A DNA stretch of 64,000 nucleotides from Bacteroides fragilis (GTDB lineage: Bacteria; Bacteroidota; Bacteroidia; Bacteroidales; DTGW01): positions 10,473 to 74,472 of the forward strand of contig CAMDBI010000008.1 in NCBI GenBank assembly GCA_945889005.1. The letters run 5' to 3'. A program made the translations under genes and the position numbers. The first letter of the stretch is position 1. Each line of letters starts with the position of its first letter. Below the pieces are notes generated by a model, which did no database searches, was not told where the DNA came from, and worked only from the letters and a program-made list of their open reading frames with translations. This document shows, piece after piece, positions 38,890-46,847 of this stretch.

Positions 38890-39597
38890 TTAAATTTTTA
38901 TGTTAGCTTCATATATAGACATTTTGTCTTTACCCAGTGAGTTGTCCTTTCCTAAGAAAAAATCGTCGGTAAGCTGCATCAGGTTTTCGTGTAGATCATT
39001 TTTATTAAATGTATTTATATGCCAATCGACATTGTTGAGCATATCAATTGAGAATGTTCTTAACCGCTGTTCAACATCTATTTCATTTATCAAACTTTTA
39101 TTTTTTGCAAATGAAAAAATATCAATCCAATTAAATGAATAATTATTTGAAATATTTATAATATCAAATACATCTTTAGCTTCATTTCTACTTGCAATTG
39201 CCGTAATTTTATTTGAAAGGATATTTGCAACACAATCTATTTTGGTTTTTTGAAATAAAATAGGTTTATTCACCCTAAAACCAACATCATTTACAAATTC
39301 AACTTTTAAAGCTATTTCATCAAACACAACAAAAAACCTAACAAAATCATCAGAAATCACACTTTTGGCTGTATTTAAAATATAATTGTCTGTTAAATTT
39401 TCATGCGTTTTGTTAATATAATTTATAAAATCTTTATCTCTATTTACAAAAAAATCTAAGTCTTCACTATATCTATGATGAAGATAAAAACGACTCAATG
39501 CTGTTCCACCTGTAAGGTAGAATGCATCGTGAATTGCTCCAGAATTAAGAACTTCGTCTTGAAGCTTATACAAACTCTTGTAATCGTTTTTCTGCAT
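38890..39597 (-). CDS. Nucleotidyltransferase, AbiEii/AbiGii toxin family
   Basis: 235 aa. The N-terminal YLTGGTALSRFYLHHRYSEDLDFF matches the AbiEii signature (GGTAL...R.S.DLDF). Confidence 0.8.
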   Translation of the reverse strand: MQKNDYKSLYKLQDEVLNSGAIHDAFYLTGGTALSRFYLHHRYSEDLDFFVNRDKDFINYINKTHENLTDNYILNTAKSVISDDFVRFFVVFDEIALKVEFVNDVGFRVNKPILFQKTKIDCVANILSNKITAIASRNEAKDVFDIINISNNYSFNWIDIFSFAKNKSLINEIDVEQRLRTFSIDMLNNVDWHINTFNKNDLHENLMQLTDDFFLGKDNSLGKDKMSIYEANIKI

Positions 39598-39859
39598 ATT
39601 GATACTTATTTTGCAATGATTTAGATCTTAATTGAATATATATTCCATTTGATAAGTATTCTTTAATTTCTTTAACTGAAAAAAGTTGAAGAATAGTAAA
39701 CCATGAATATGTTTCCAACAACTTCTTGAACAGCATTTCGCGAGTGTAATGCCCGGCTATTTCTTTCTCGCCACGCAATACCGCATCGACCTCCTCGGGG
39801 GCTATGTTGTAGTCCCACATGAGCTGACGAAATAATTGTAAACGTTCTTCGTATGTCAT
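39566..39859 (-). CDS. Small protein upstream of AbiEii; candidate cognate antitoxin lacking a recognisable DNA-binding domain
   Basis: 97-aa ORF overlapping the AbiEii start by 32 nt. LMWDYNIAPEEVDAVLRG resembles the short partner proteins seen next to AbiEii-like genes in Bacteroidota; this is recollection, not a search. Confidence 0.55.
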   Translation of the reverse strand: MTYEERLQLFRQLMWDYNIAPEEVDAVLRGEKEIAGHYTREMLFKKLLETYSWFTILQLFSVKEIKEYLSNGIYIQLRSKSLQNKYQYAEKRLQEFV

Positions 39860-39871
39860 TTTATTTTTATT

Positions 39872-40699
39872 TTATTCTATCTCTTTTTTATCTTTGGTTG
39901 GAGGTAGAAAATTTTCACCACTAACTACTTTCTTACCCGTTTTATCTTCTAACTCTTTACGAGCATTTTTTGCAATTGCTCCTCCTTTTTTACTCGCTTT
40001 TGCATTATCAATTAAGCCTTTGGCTTCATCAGTTTCTGCTATCTGACGGGTCGACAATTCTGCAAGAGCAGTAAAAATAAGCTCTGCTTCTGTCATATGG
40101 TCTCGCAAGTTTTGACTTTTCAGGCCTTTTAAGTCTTTATGTTTTTTTACAGTCAAACCTGTCCACTCCTGATGAATAATATTGGTCAACAAAGCAAATT
40201 CACTTTGCTGTTTAACTCCAGCATCTTTCCAATAATCGGTTAGTTTGTTGCGTGTTTCCTGACCGGTCATTCGTTGTTGAATCCATTTTTCGCTACGACC
40301 AAGCTTTTGCCAATTGTCGCGTGCACGTTCAATACTTTGTACAGGATCGGCAATCTCCTGCATTCGCTCATAACCTACTTTTGCAAGCCATTGCTTAAAC
40401 GGTTCTGCTTTAGGCGATGGAACTGATTGAATAATTCGCAACAGATTTTGTGTATTGGCACAGTCTGTGGCATATTTTTTTCCATCTGACGACTCCAATT
40501 TCAGTTGTCGACAAATTGTCGACAACTCAATACCAGCCTCTAACTTAACACGTATTTTCATCTTAAACCAATAATCGCGTGGGTTCGCGCTATCGGTCAA
40601 TATCTCGACCACATCCACTACAGAGAAATACCATTGCTCCTCAGCCTCATCCCAGTGACTGCGAACTCCTTTATTCTCGAATAGTTTAACGCTGCTCAT
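39872..40699 (-). CDS. Bro-N domain protein with DinD-like (DNA-damage-inducible protein D) C-terminal region
   Basis: 275 aa. The N-terminus (FENKGVRSHWDEAEEQWYFSVVDVVEILT) is Bro-N-like. The C-terminal part (KNLRDHMTEAELIFTALAELSTRQI...) parallels E. coli DinD (ILDHMGSTELAANLFRATQTEE). It ends 12 nt before the next gene. Confidence 0.7.
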   Translation of the reverse strand: MSSVKLFENKGVRSHWDEAEEQWYFSVVDVVEILTDSANPRDYWFKMKIRVKLEAGIELSTICRQLKLESSDGKKYATDCANTQNLLRIIQSVPSPKAEPFKQWLAKVGYERMQEIADPVQSIERARDNWQKLGRSEKWIQQRMTGQETRNKLTDYWKDAGVKQQSEFALLTNIIHQEWTGLTVKKHKDLKGLKSQNLRDHMTEAELIFTALAELSTRQIAETDEAKGLIDNAKASKKGGAIAKNARKELEDKTGKKVVSGENFLPPTKDKKEIE

Positions 40700-40746
40700 T
40701 TTTAACTACTTTTTTTCTTCTTGCCTTGCGGCTATTTTTTTATTTC

Positions 40747-40779
40747 AACTTATCCAAAGATTTAAACTTTGGATAAGTT
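40747..40779. promoter_or_regulatory. Perfect 13-bp inverted repeat upstream of the Bro-N gene (operator or terminator candidate)
   Basis: AACTTATCCAAAG (40747-40759), a 7-nt spacer, then CTTTGGATAAGTT (40767-40779), lying 48-80 nt upstream of ATG 40699. Confidence 0.4.
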
Positions 40780-40884
40780 TATCCTGTTTCAATTAACCTT
40801 TGTTCAGAGTAGCTTCATCGCTTCTCTTTTTGTATTTCCCTGTCATTCTTACTCTTCATTTAGGCCAGAGGCCTTGAATTATCT

Positions 40885-40963
40885 GGCGTAGTGGGCATTT
40901 CGGCTTACTTCGACTGCGCTCAGTACAAGTCGCTCAATAACCAACGCTACGCCGAACGGGGGG
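40885..40963. repeat. REP-like hairpin element with CTACGCCGAAC terminus
   Basis: GGCGTAG (40885-40891) pairs with CTACGCC (40947-40953). The loop carries CTTCGACTGCGCTCAG...CAATAACC, and the 3' end ...CTACGCCGAACGGGG matches the ends of the 78-nt repeats at 29611 and 30429. Confidence 0.55.
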
Positions 40964-40978
40964 AGTCACGCTTGCAGC

Positions 40979-41218
40979 TTAAATATTAACTTCAATTTGC
41001 TGTTCGTGCCCCGACAATTGATTTATAAACAACAACTTACCGTCGTCCGATTTTTGTAATTGCTCATTAGCATTGAGCAATTCAAAACCATATATGGTTC
41101 CATCGGCTGCCATATCAACAACTAAATCGTCGCTTAATTTTATTGAATTCACCTTGGTAGGTTTATTCTTCAATGCTACATAAGCAATGTTGAATTTGTG
41201 GTCGTAAGTTATTTTCAT
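40979..41218 (-). CDS. DUF2283-family small protein (putative antitoxin of a DUF4258 toxin)
   Basis: 79 aa from ATG 41218 (MKITYDHKFNIAYVALKN...). It is a paralogue of 61128-61340, and its start overlaps the stop of the upstream gene (ATGA). Confidence 0.7.
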   Translation of the reverse strand: MKITYDHKFNIAYVALKNKPTKVNSIKLSDDLVVDMAADGTIYGFELLNANEQLQKSDDGKLLFINQLSGHEQQIEVNI

Positions 41219-41481
41219 ATTTTTAAGTATTTTACTAAAACTGTAATTACTAACCATTCTTCGATTTCGGATACTGCAAAGGCTTCAATTTGTTTGGTTG
41301 CGAAATATTTGCCGTTCCATTCATTATTGAAAATAAAATTCAATCGAAACCCTGTTCTCCCGTGTTTTGCAGGAAACTGTTCTCAACAATCGACTGTTAA
41401 AATTACTTCAATTTCCTCTGCTCCTCTTTCGAATAGCCGGAGTAAAGCATGTGGATGTAGAATTGGTTTGTTTTTATTCAT
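41215..41481 (-). pseudogene. DUF4258-family toxin gene with an in-frame TGA
   Basis: Minus-strand translation from ATG 41481 gives MNKNKPILHPHALLRLFERGAEEIEVILTVDC*EQFPAKHGRTGFRLNFIFNNEWNGKYFATKQIEAFAVSEIEEWLVITVLVKYLKI*. It is collinear across the stop (41385-41383) with the intact paralogue at 60863-61138. Confidence 0.7.
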
Positions 41482-41521
41482 TAATATTTTTTGTGCCTCG
41501 CGGCTATTTTTAATTAAAACA

Positions 41522-44500
41522 TTACCAATACACAATAACCAAGCCAGCTGCGCCATTGCCACCAACTCCACCATCTACAGCACCACCACCGCCACCGCCG
41601 CCAGGAAATGTTCCTGCAGATCCATTTTTATTTGTATTTGTACTACCGCCTACACCGCCACTACCACCAGCACCTCCAAACGGACTAGAGCCGCCACTGC
41701 CACCAGCGGCGCCAGTTGTTTCCGCTCCATCATTTCCAGCACTTCCGGCTACTTTAAGTGTTCCAGCACCAGATGTTGCACCACCAGCACCTCCGGAAAC
41801 AGCATTTACCGATTCCCCACCATTTGCAAATACAACAAAACTACCTGCTGTAAAACTACTAGCGCCGCCAGGAGTTGTAGTCTCGCCAGGCCCTGCAGCA
41901 CCCACTACCACCGCACATGTAAAAACGCTTGATACATCTACCAGGCTTTCACTGTATGCTCCACCGCCACCACCGCCATTACTTCTAGTAGAAGAAGCAG
42001 TACCACCACCACCACCAGCGCCCCATACTTTTACCCAGGCATATTTTACACCTGCTGGTTTAGTCCAGGTACCACTATCCGTAAATGCCTGCATTCCATT
42101 AGGGAAGCCAACTCTTCTTATTGCTCCACCTGTTCCTACAGATAATACATCATCATCTGTGTCCCAAGCTATTTGTCCTTCTGCGGTAGCTGCTGAATTA
42201 TCAGATGATTGAGGGAGCCTTAAACCTTCGGCATTGTCCGAATTATTTATTTGTGATAAATCTAGCATAACATCATCGGGCACAATTACCCCTCCCGAAC
42301 CTGCCTTTAAGGTTAAAGAAGAAGTTCCAGAGCCACCAATACTAATATCATTTGAGGTCATTGCAGAACCAATACTAATAGTGCCGGCTATTTGAAAGTT
42401 GCCAATGGCAATGGTATTTGCGCCTGTGCCACCAATGGAAATGGTGTTAGCAACCGCCCCTGTACCAATATTGATGGTTTTGGTTGCAGTTGCATCTGTA
42501 GCTATATTAACAGTTCCACCACCTATACCATTTGCAATATTAACATTTTGAGTTCCTGCAGAAGAGCCAATATCAATCACTGTTGTAGAACCTGCAACAC
42601 CGCCTGTTCCAATATTAATAGTCTTATTACTTCCAGAGACAGTAGCACCTCCAAATAAATTAACTGTTTGTGCAGCAGTTGAAGTATTGCCGATATTAAG
42701 AGTAGTAGCTGCATTTGCCACATTCAAAATAGTTGCAGCCCCTGCAAAATTAACAGTTGTTGCAGTTGCGTTGATTAAATCAAAAGATGCAGAAGGGGTA
42801 GTGAGAGATGTGGTAACATCAGGGCTAGTAAAGCTCTGAATACCAGTGAATGTTTGAGCTGCATCGGTACGGGCAAATTCAGCATCACTTAGTGCTGTAT
42901 TGAATTGAGCCAATGTGCCAGATATACCGACTATTGAGGATTGATCGCCGTTATTGCTGCCTGATATTGATGCATCTCCTGTTAATGTTAATATTCTATC
43001 AGAATTTCCTGTTCTTATATTTAATGTTCTACCAGCTGTTAATGTCTCATCTGGTTTTATTGTAAGTGCATTGTCGTCATCGCCTTTTACAACCAATCCT
43101 GTTTGATTTAACAAAACTGAGGTAATGTCTGTATTTGCTCCTTTGGCAGCTTTATTATCAAGTTGTCCCTGAATGCCTGATGTTACGCCATCGACATAGT
43201 TTAGTTCGGTAGCTGTTGAGGTTAAAACTACATCTTCATTTATTTTTGGACTTGTTAATGTTTTACCGGTAAGAGTTTCAGTTCCTGCTAAGGTTGCCAA
43301 AGTGCCTGTTGTTGGCAATGTGACATTTGAAGCTGTAGTTGTTGTTAATGTCGTAGAAAATCCACCTGCTGTAACCAAATTGCCTGCTAAAGTTATTGTT
43401 TTACCTGTGTTTGCTACACCAGTACCTCCGTTTGCGCCTAATACAATGCCTGTAACATTGGCAGATGTACCACTGACATTGCCCGTTACATCGCCTGTGA
43501 GCGAACCACTAAATGATGTGGATGCTAAAACACCTGTGCTTGGGTTAAAGGTTAATTTTGAATCACTTACTGTTTGAGCCAAATTACCTGTATTAGCTGA
43601 CACAAATGTGGGATAAAATGTTGCATTCGATGCTACATCGTTTGTTATAGCAGTGGTTGTGGCGGAACCTGCATTGCCTGTAACAGTTGTTTGATCACCT
43701 GTGTTGCTGCCTGATATTGTAGAGGTTCCTGCAACTGTTAATGTGTAACTATCTGTTGAGCCTCCTTCTATTGTATAACCACTTGCCAATTCGGTTGGTA
43801 CTAAACCATTGATACTTGTCGCCGTTGCAACTCCCAATGTTGAAGTTCCGTTAACGTTTAAAGTACCTGCAATAGATGTGTTTCCAGACGCATCGTCAAC
43901 AGTAAATTTAGTGCCACCAACAGTCAAATCTGCATTAGTGATATCAACACCAGTATTAACTTTAAGATTACCACCAAATGTAACCTGTCCATTACCAGTT
44001 GTAATAGTTCCATTTCCAGCAGTGATGTTGCCGTCTGGGGCAATGCTAAGGGCAGTGGCACCTGCGTCATTATTGATTGTTAAAGAAGTTCCTGTTTTCA
44101 CTCCTATAGTTGTAGCCTTTATCAGATCACCACCCAATTGAACAGTTCCAGAGTTATTCTCTAGTCCATTGTTTACACTAATACCAGTGATTGCATCACG
44201 TACAGCTTTCTCAGTCGGAAGGGTAGTATGGTCACCAGTTGCATCGAGGGTGTTGGCTATATCGTTGACTTTAGCACCAGTGGCTAAAGTTAGATTAGTT
44301 GCTATTGTGACATCGCCTCCATTCAAAGTTGTTGCGCCTTGTATTGTAATAACATCTGCAGCATTGTCGCCAATGTTGATAGTGTTACTGTTGATATTAA
44401 CAGCACCTCCAATTACAGTAACCCCGGCATTACCTGTAATCAATCCCGCAGAAGTAATAGTACCCGTTCCAGTAGTACTGATATTGCCGCTTGTTGTAAT

Positions 44501-45196
44501 TGCATCGCCTACATTTGACGGACTAAGTGCTGTACCTGTACGATTCCAAAACCCTAATACGCCTATACTTGGAGGTATTGATGTTAATTTTTTTGATGCG
44601 TCTGTGTAAATGCCATTATTTGGAGTTAATCCAGTAATAGTTGCCCCTGCAAACTGAGGGCTTGCCCCCGTATGTATTTCCTGAGGCAATTTAATAACTA
44701 TTGAACCTGCTGTGGTTGTGGTATCGATAATAACCTGATTTTCGAAACCATTCAAAGTTTTGTATTCAAAGTCTGTTCCAGTTTTGTTAATACCTAAAAT
44801 TTGGTGCTTATTACCCAAACGTATATTGGTCGAAGTAATCGATCGCCACTCCCCAGCCACAGTGTCGCGGTACCAAAACGATTTGGTTTCTTTATCATAA
44901 ACTAGCAATCCGTTTGCAGCTTGTGCCGACAGTGCGTTTCTCTCGTCAGTCGTCAACCTCGGCACCAAAAACCCTTTGTCTGCTGTTCGTAGCTCTAGTA
45001 TGGCGCTTGAGTGGGCTGTAAATTTGCTGTCGCCTATACCTACTCCGCTTTGGGCATTGGCAATAAGCGTCGCAAAAAACAATAAAACAAAAACGACTGT
45101 CGTTGATATAGCACGACTCCTATATTGGGAATATTCCCAAACACTCGAACTTTTAACGCTTTGCAAAAAGACGAATTGATTTTTTGAGGTATTCAT
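41522..45196 (-). CDS. Large secreted tail-fibre-like protein with a glycine-rich C-terminal domain
   Basis: 1224 aa with a signal/anchor (TTVVFVLLFFATLIANAQ) and a conserved N-module (SSAILELRTADKGFLVPRLTTDERNAL...GLLVYD). A long T/G/N/A/V-rich repeat region contains LPTEKAVRDAI and SGSNTGDQ / SGSNNGDQ motifs. The C-terminus reads GTWTKPAGVKYAWVKVWGAGGGGG...GGGGGGGAVDGGVGGNGAAGLVIVYW. Confidence 0.8.
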   Translation of the reverse strand: MNTSKNQFVFLQSVKSSSVWEYSQYRSRAISTTVVFVLLFFATLIANAQSGVGIGDSKFTAHSSAILELRTADKGFLVPRLTTDERNALSAQAANGLLVYDKETKSFWYRDTVAGEWRSITSTNIRLGNKHQILGINKTGTDFEYKTLNGFENQVIIDTTTTAGSIVIKLPQEIHTGASPQFAGATITGLTPNNGIYTDASKKLTSIPPSIGVLGFWNRTGTALSPSNVGDAITTSGNISTTGTGTITSAGLITGNAGVTVIGGAVNINSNTINIGDNAADVITIQGATTLNGGDVTIATNLTLATGAKVNDIANTLDATGDHTTLPTEKAVRDAITGISVNNGLENNSGTVQLGGDLIKATTIGVKTGTSLTINNDAGATALSIAPDGNITAGNGTITTGNGQVTFGGNLKVNTGVDITNADLTVGGTKFTVDDASGNTSIAGTLNVNGTSTLGVATATSINGLVPTELASGYTIEGGSTDSYTLTVAGTSTISGSNTGDQTTVTGNAGSATTTAITNDVASNATFYPTFVSANTGNLAQTVSDSKLTFNPSTGVLASTSFSGSLTGDVTGNVSGTSANVTGIVLGANGGTGVANTGKTITLAGNLVTAGGFSTTLTTTTASNVTLPTTGTLATLAGTETLTGKTLTSPKINEDVVLTSTATELNYVDGVTSGIQGQLDNKAAKGANTDITSVLLNQTGLVVKGDDDNALTIKPDETLTAGRTLNIRTGNSDRILTLTGDASISGSNNGDQSSIVGISGTLAQFNTALSDAEFARTDAAQTFTGIQSFTSPDVTTSLTTPSASFDLINATATTVNFAGAATILNVANAATTLNIGNTSTAAQTVNLFGGATVSGSNKTINIGTGGVAGSTTVIDIGSSAGTQNVNIANGIGGGTVNIATDATATKTINIGTGAVANTISIGGTGANTIAIGNFQIAGTISIGSAMTSNDISIGGSGTSSLTLKAGSGGVIVPDDVMLDLSQINNSDNAEGLRLPQSSDNSAATAEGQIAWDTDDDVLSVGTGGAIRRVGFPNGMQAFTDSGTWTKPAGVKYAWVKVWGAGGGGGTASSTRSNGGGGGGAYSESLVDVSSVFTCAVVVGAAGPGETTTPGGASSFTAGSFVVFANGGESVNAVSGGAGGATSGAGTLKVAGSAGNDGAETTGAAGGSGGSSPFGGAGGSGGVGGSTNTNKNGSAGTFPGGGGGGGAVDGGVGGNGAAGLVIVYW

Positions 45197-45578
45197 ATCT
45201 TAAATTTTGTAATTTCTTATTCCAAAAAAATAAAAAAGACTATCGAATATTTCTTAATAAAACTATCGTTTGTAACACTCTAGCCCACTAAAACCGATTG
45301 TTTCAAGCCTTTTACAGTTATTTAAACCTGTAAATATAAAAATTAAATGCCACATATACACAATTTTACGCATAAACAAATGACCCAAAAACAAATTTAT
45401 AATGATGAATAAAACAATTTATTGATTTAAGCTAAATTTCTAATAAATAATTTGTTATTCAAATCATTTGTTAGATAACAATAAAATAAGTTTTAAATTG
45501 ATTGATACGAAAATAATATAATTTAGTTGCATTGGAAGATTGAAAGCAATTACATTAAAAAGCATTTAATTCTGATAT

Positions 45579-46304
45579 TCAATTGAATACTTCTCTCATT
45601 ATCTCAAGCGATTTTATTTCGCCCATGCCGTGCAAATGAAGTTGATAGTATATAACAATACATTGAAGCAATATCTTACGTTCGGCTCTGATCAAGTGTA
45701 GAGCAGTGCCATCGGATATAACCAGTTTTAATGCATTTGAAAGTATCAGACTCAAATCTTTGTCGCAAAATTGACCATGAGCCGGTATATAATCGACAAA
45801 TTGTCCATTGATCAAATCGAAAAAACAATCGTTTTCCGAAAAATTGTTAGATGGATAAAAGCCAAGAAATTTTGATAGTTGAAGTAAGAATAAAATATGA
45901 AAATCTTGAATATTATTGGTTTCAAGATCGAGCAACTCAAAAGAGCCAGAAAGAAATGCAAATAATGGAGGATTTGATATTTCTTCTTTCAATACTTTAT
46001 GAAGAATTTCGGATAAAAATAAAACTAACGAGGTTTTGATGATAGACGACGAAATATTGGCAAATGGACGATAAATCCTAGCTTCTTTAAGTATATTGAG
46101 TTCCCGGTTTTCCTTTTTGTACACTTCGATATCTAACAAAAATAGAGACTGAAATAAATTTACTTTTAATGCCGCCTTTTTGCCATGCACTCCTTTTGCC
46201 ATAAACGCTTGCCGACCCCATTGTTCGGTATATGTATGCACAACAAGACTCGATTCTGAGTACTTGTAGGTTCGAAGCACAATTGCCCTACTTGATTGAA
46301 TCAT
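45579..46304 (-). CDS. recO: DNA repair protein RecO
   Basis: 241 aa with an N-terminal OB-fold-like region (AIVLRTYKYSESSLVVHTYTEQWGRQAFMAKG) and a size typical of Bacteroidota RecO. The call rests on resemblance only. Confidence 0.7.
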   Translation of the reverse strand: MIQSSRAIVLRTYKYSESSLVVHTYTEQWGRQAFMAKGVHGKKAALKVNLFQSLFLLDIEVYKKENRELNILKEARIYRPFANISSSIIKTSLVLFLSEILHKVLKEEISNPPLFAFLSGSFELLDLETNNIQDFHILFLLQLSKFLGFYPSNNFSENDCFFDLINGQFVDYIPAHGQFCDKDLSLILSNALKLVISDGTALHLIRAERKILLQCIVIYYQLHLHGMGEIKSLEIMREVFN

Positions 46305-46342
46305 CTAGATGTTGTATTTTTATGCAAATTTATGAGAATTTT

Positions 46343-46384
46343 GTCATTTGTCATTAGTCATTAGTAATTAGTCATTAGTCATTT
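46343..46384. repeat. Heptanucleotide array GTCATTA x6
   Basis: gtcattt gtcatta gtcatta gtaatta gtcatta gtcattt, ending 6 nt before ATG 46391, in the divergent recO / 46391 spacer. Confidence 0.85.
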
Positions 46385-46390
46385 ATTATT

Positions 46391-46795
46391 ATGGAACTAT
46401 CAATATCAACACCAACATTGCTTTTTTCGGGAATATCTTTGGTATTACTTGCTTTTACCAATCGCTTTCTGGCCCTTGCTCAACTTATTAGAAACTTGCA
46501 TTCGGAATACAAACTCAATCCAACAACATTGTTGCATAAACAAATAAAAAATATACGTCTTCGACTACGGCTCATACGTACTACACAAGTGAGCGGAATG
46601 TCGAGTATGCTGCTTTGTGTGGTTAGCATGATTTTCATCTATTTCAGATTGAGTTTGGCTGCCGATATCTGTTTTGCACTGGCACTGCTCCTAATGATGT
46701 TGTCGCTCATGTATTCAATTTGGGAAATACAAATATCTGTTCATGCTCTCGACACACACCTTAGCGACATTGAAGAAAAAAACGACACTGATTAA
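46391..46795 (+). CDS. DUF2721-like membrane protein
   Basis: 134 aa with three hydrophobic segments; LLAFTNRFLALAQLIRNLH resembles the DUF2721 N-terminal motif. Confidence 0.65.
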   Translation: MELSISTPTLLFSGISLVLLAFTNRFLALAQLIRNLHSEYKLNPTTLLHKQIKNIRLRLRLIRTTQVSGMSSMLLCVVSMIFIYFRLSLAADICFALALLLMMLSLMYSIWEIQISVHALDTHLSDIEEKNDTD

Positions 46796-46847
46796 GCTTT
46801 TTAATAAAAAAATTACTACATTTAAACTGCTTTTAAACTGCTATTTT

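Noticed and set aside
41383-41385. TGA recoding (Sec/Trp/Gly) as the explanation for the in-frame TGA in the DUF4258 gene
   Set aside because: Other well-supported genes in the window terminate at TGA (the CDF transporter at 14114, the antitoxin at 30868, rpoN at 8621 and the adhesin at 33357). No SECIS-like context is evident, so a nonsense mutation is the simpler reading.
41198-42212. 244-aa and 218-aa plus-strand ORFs, Pro/Thr/Cys-rich (e.g. PPTPPSTAPPPPPPPGNVP...)
   Set aside because: They are antisense to the glycine-rich C-terminus of the 1224-aa fibre-like gene. GGN codons read as NCC (Pro/Ala/Thr/Ser) on the other strand, which makes this a classic shadow ORF.
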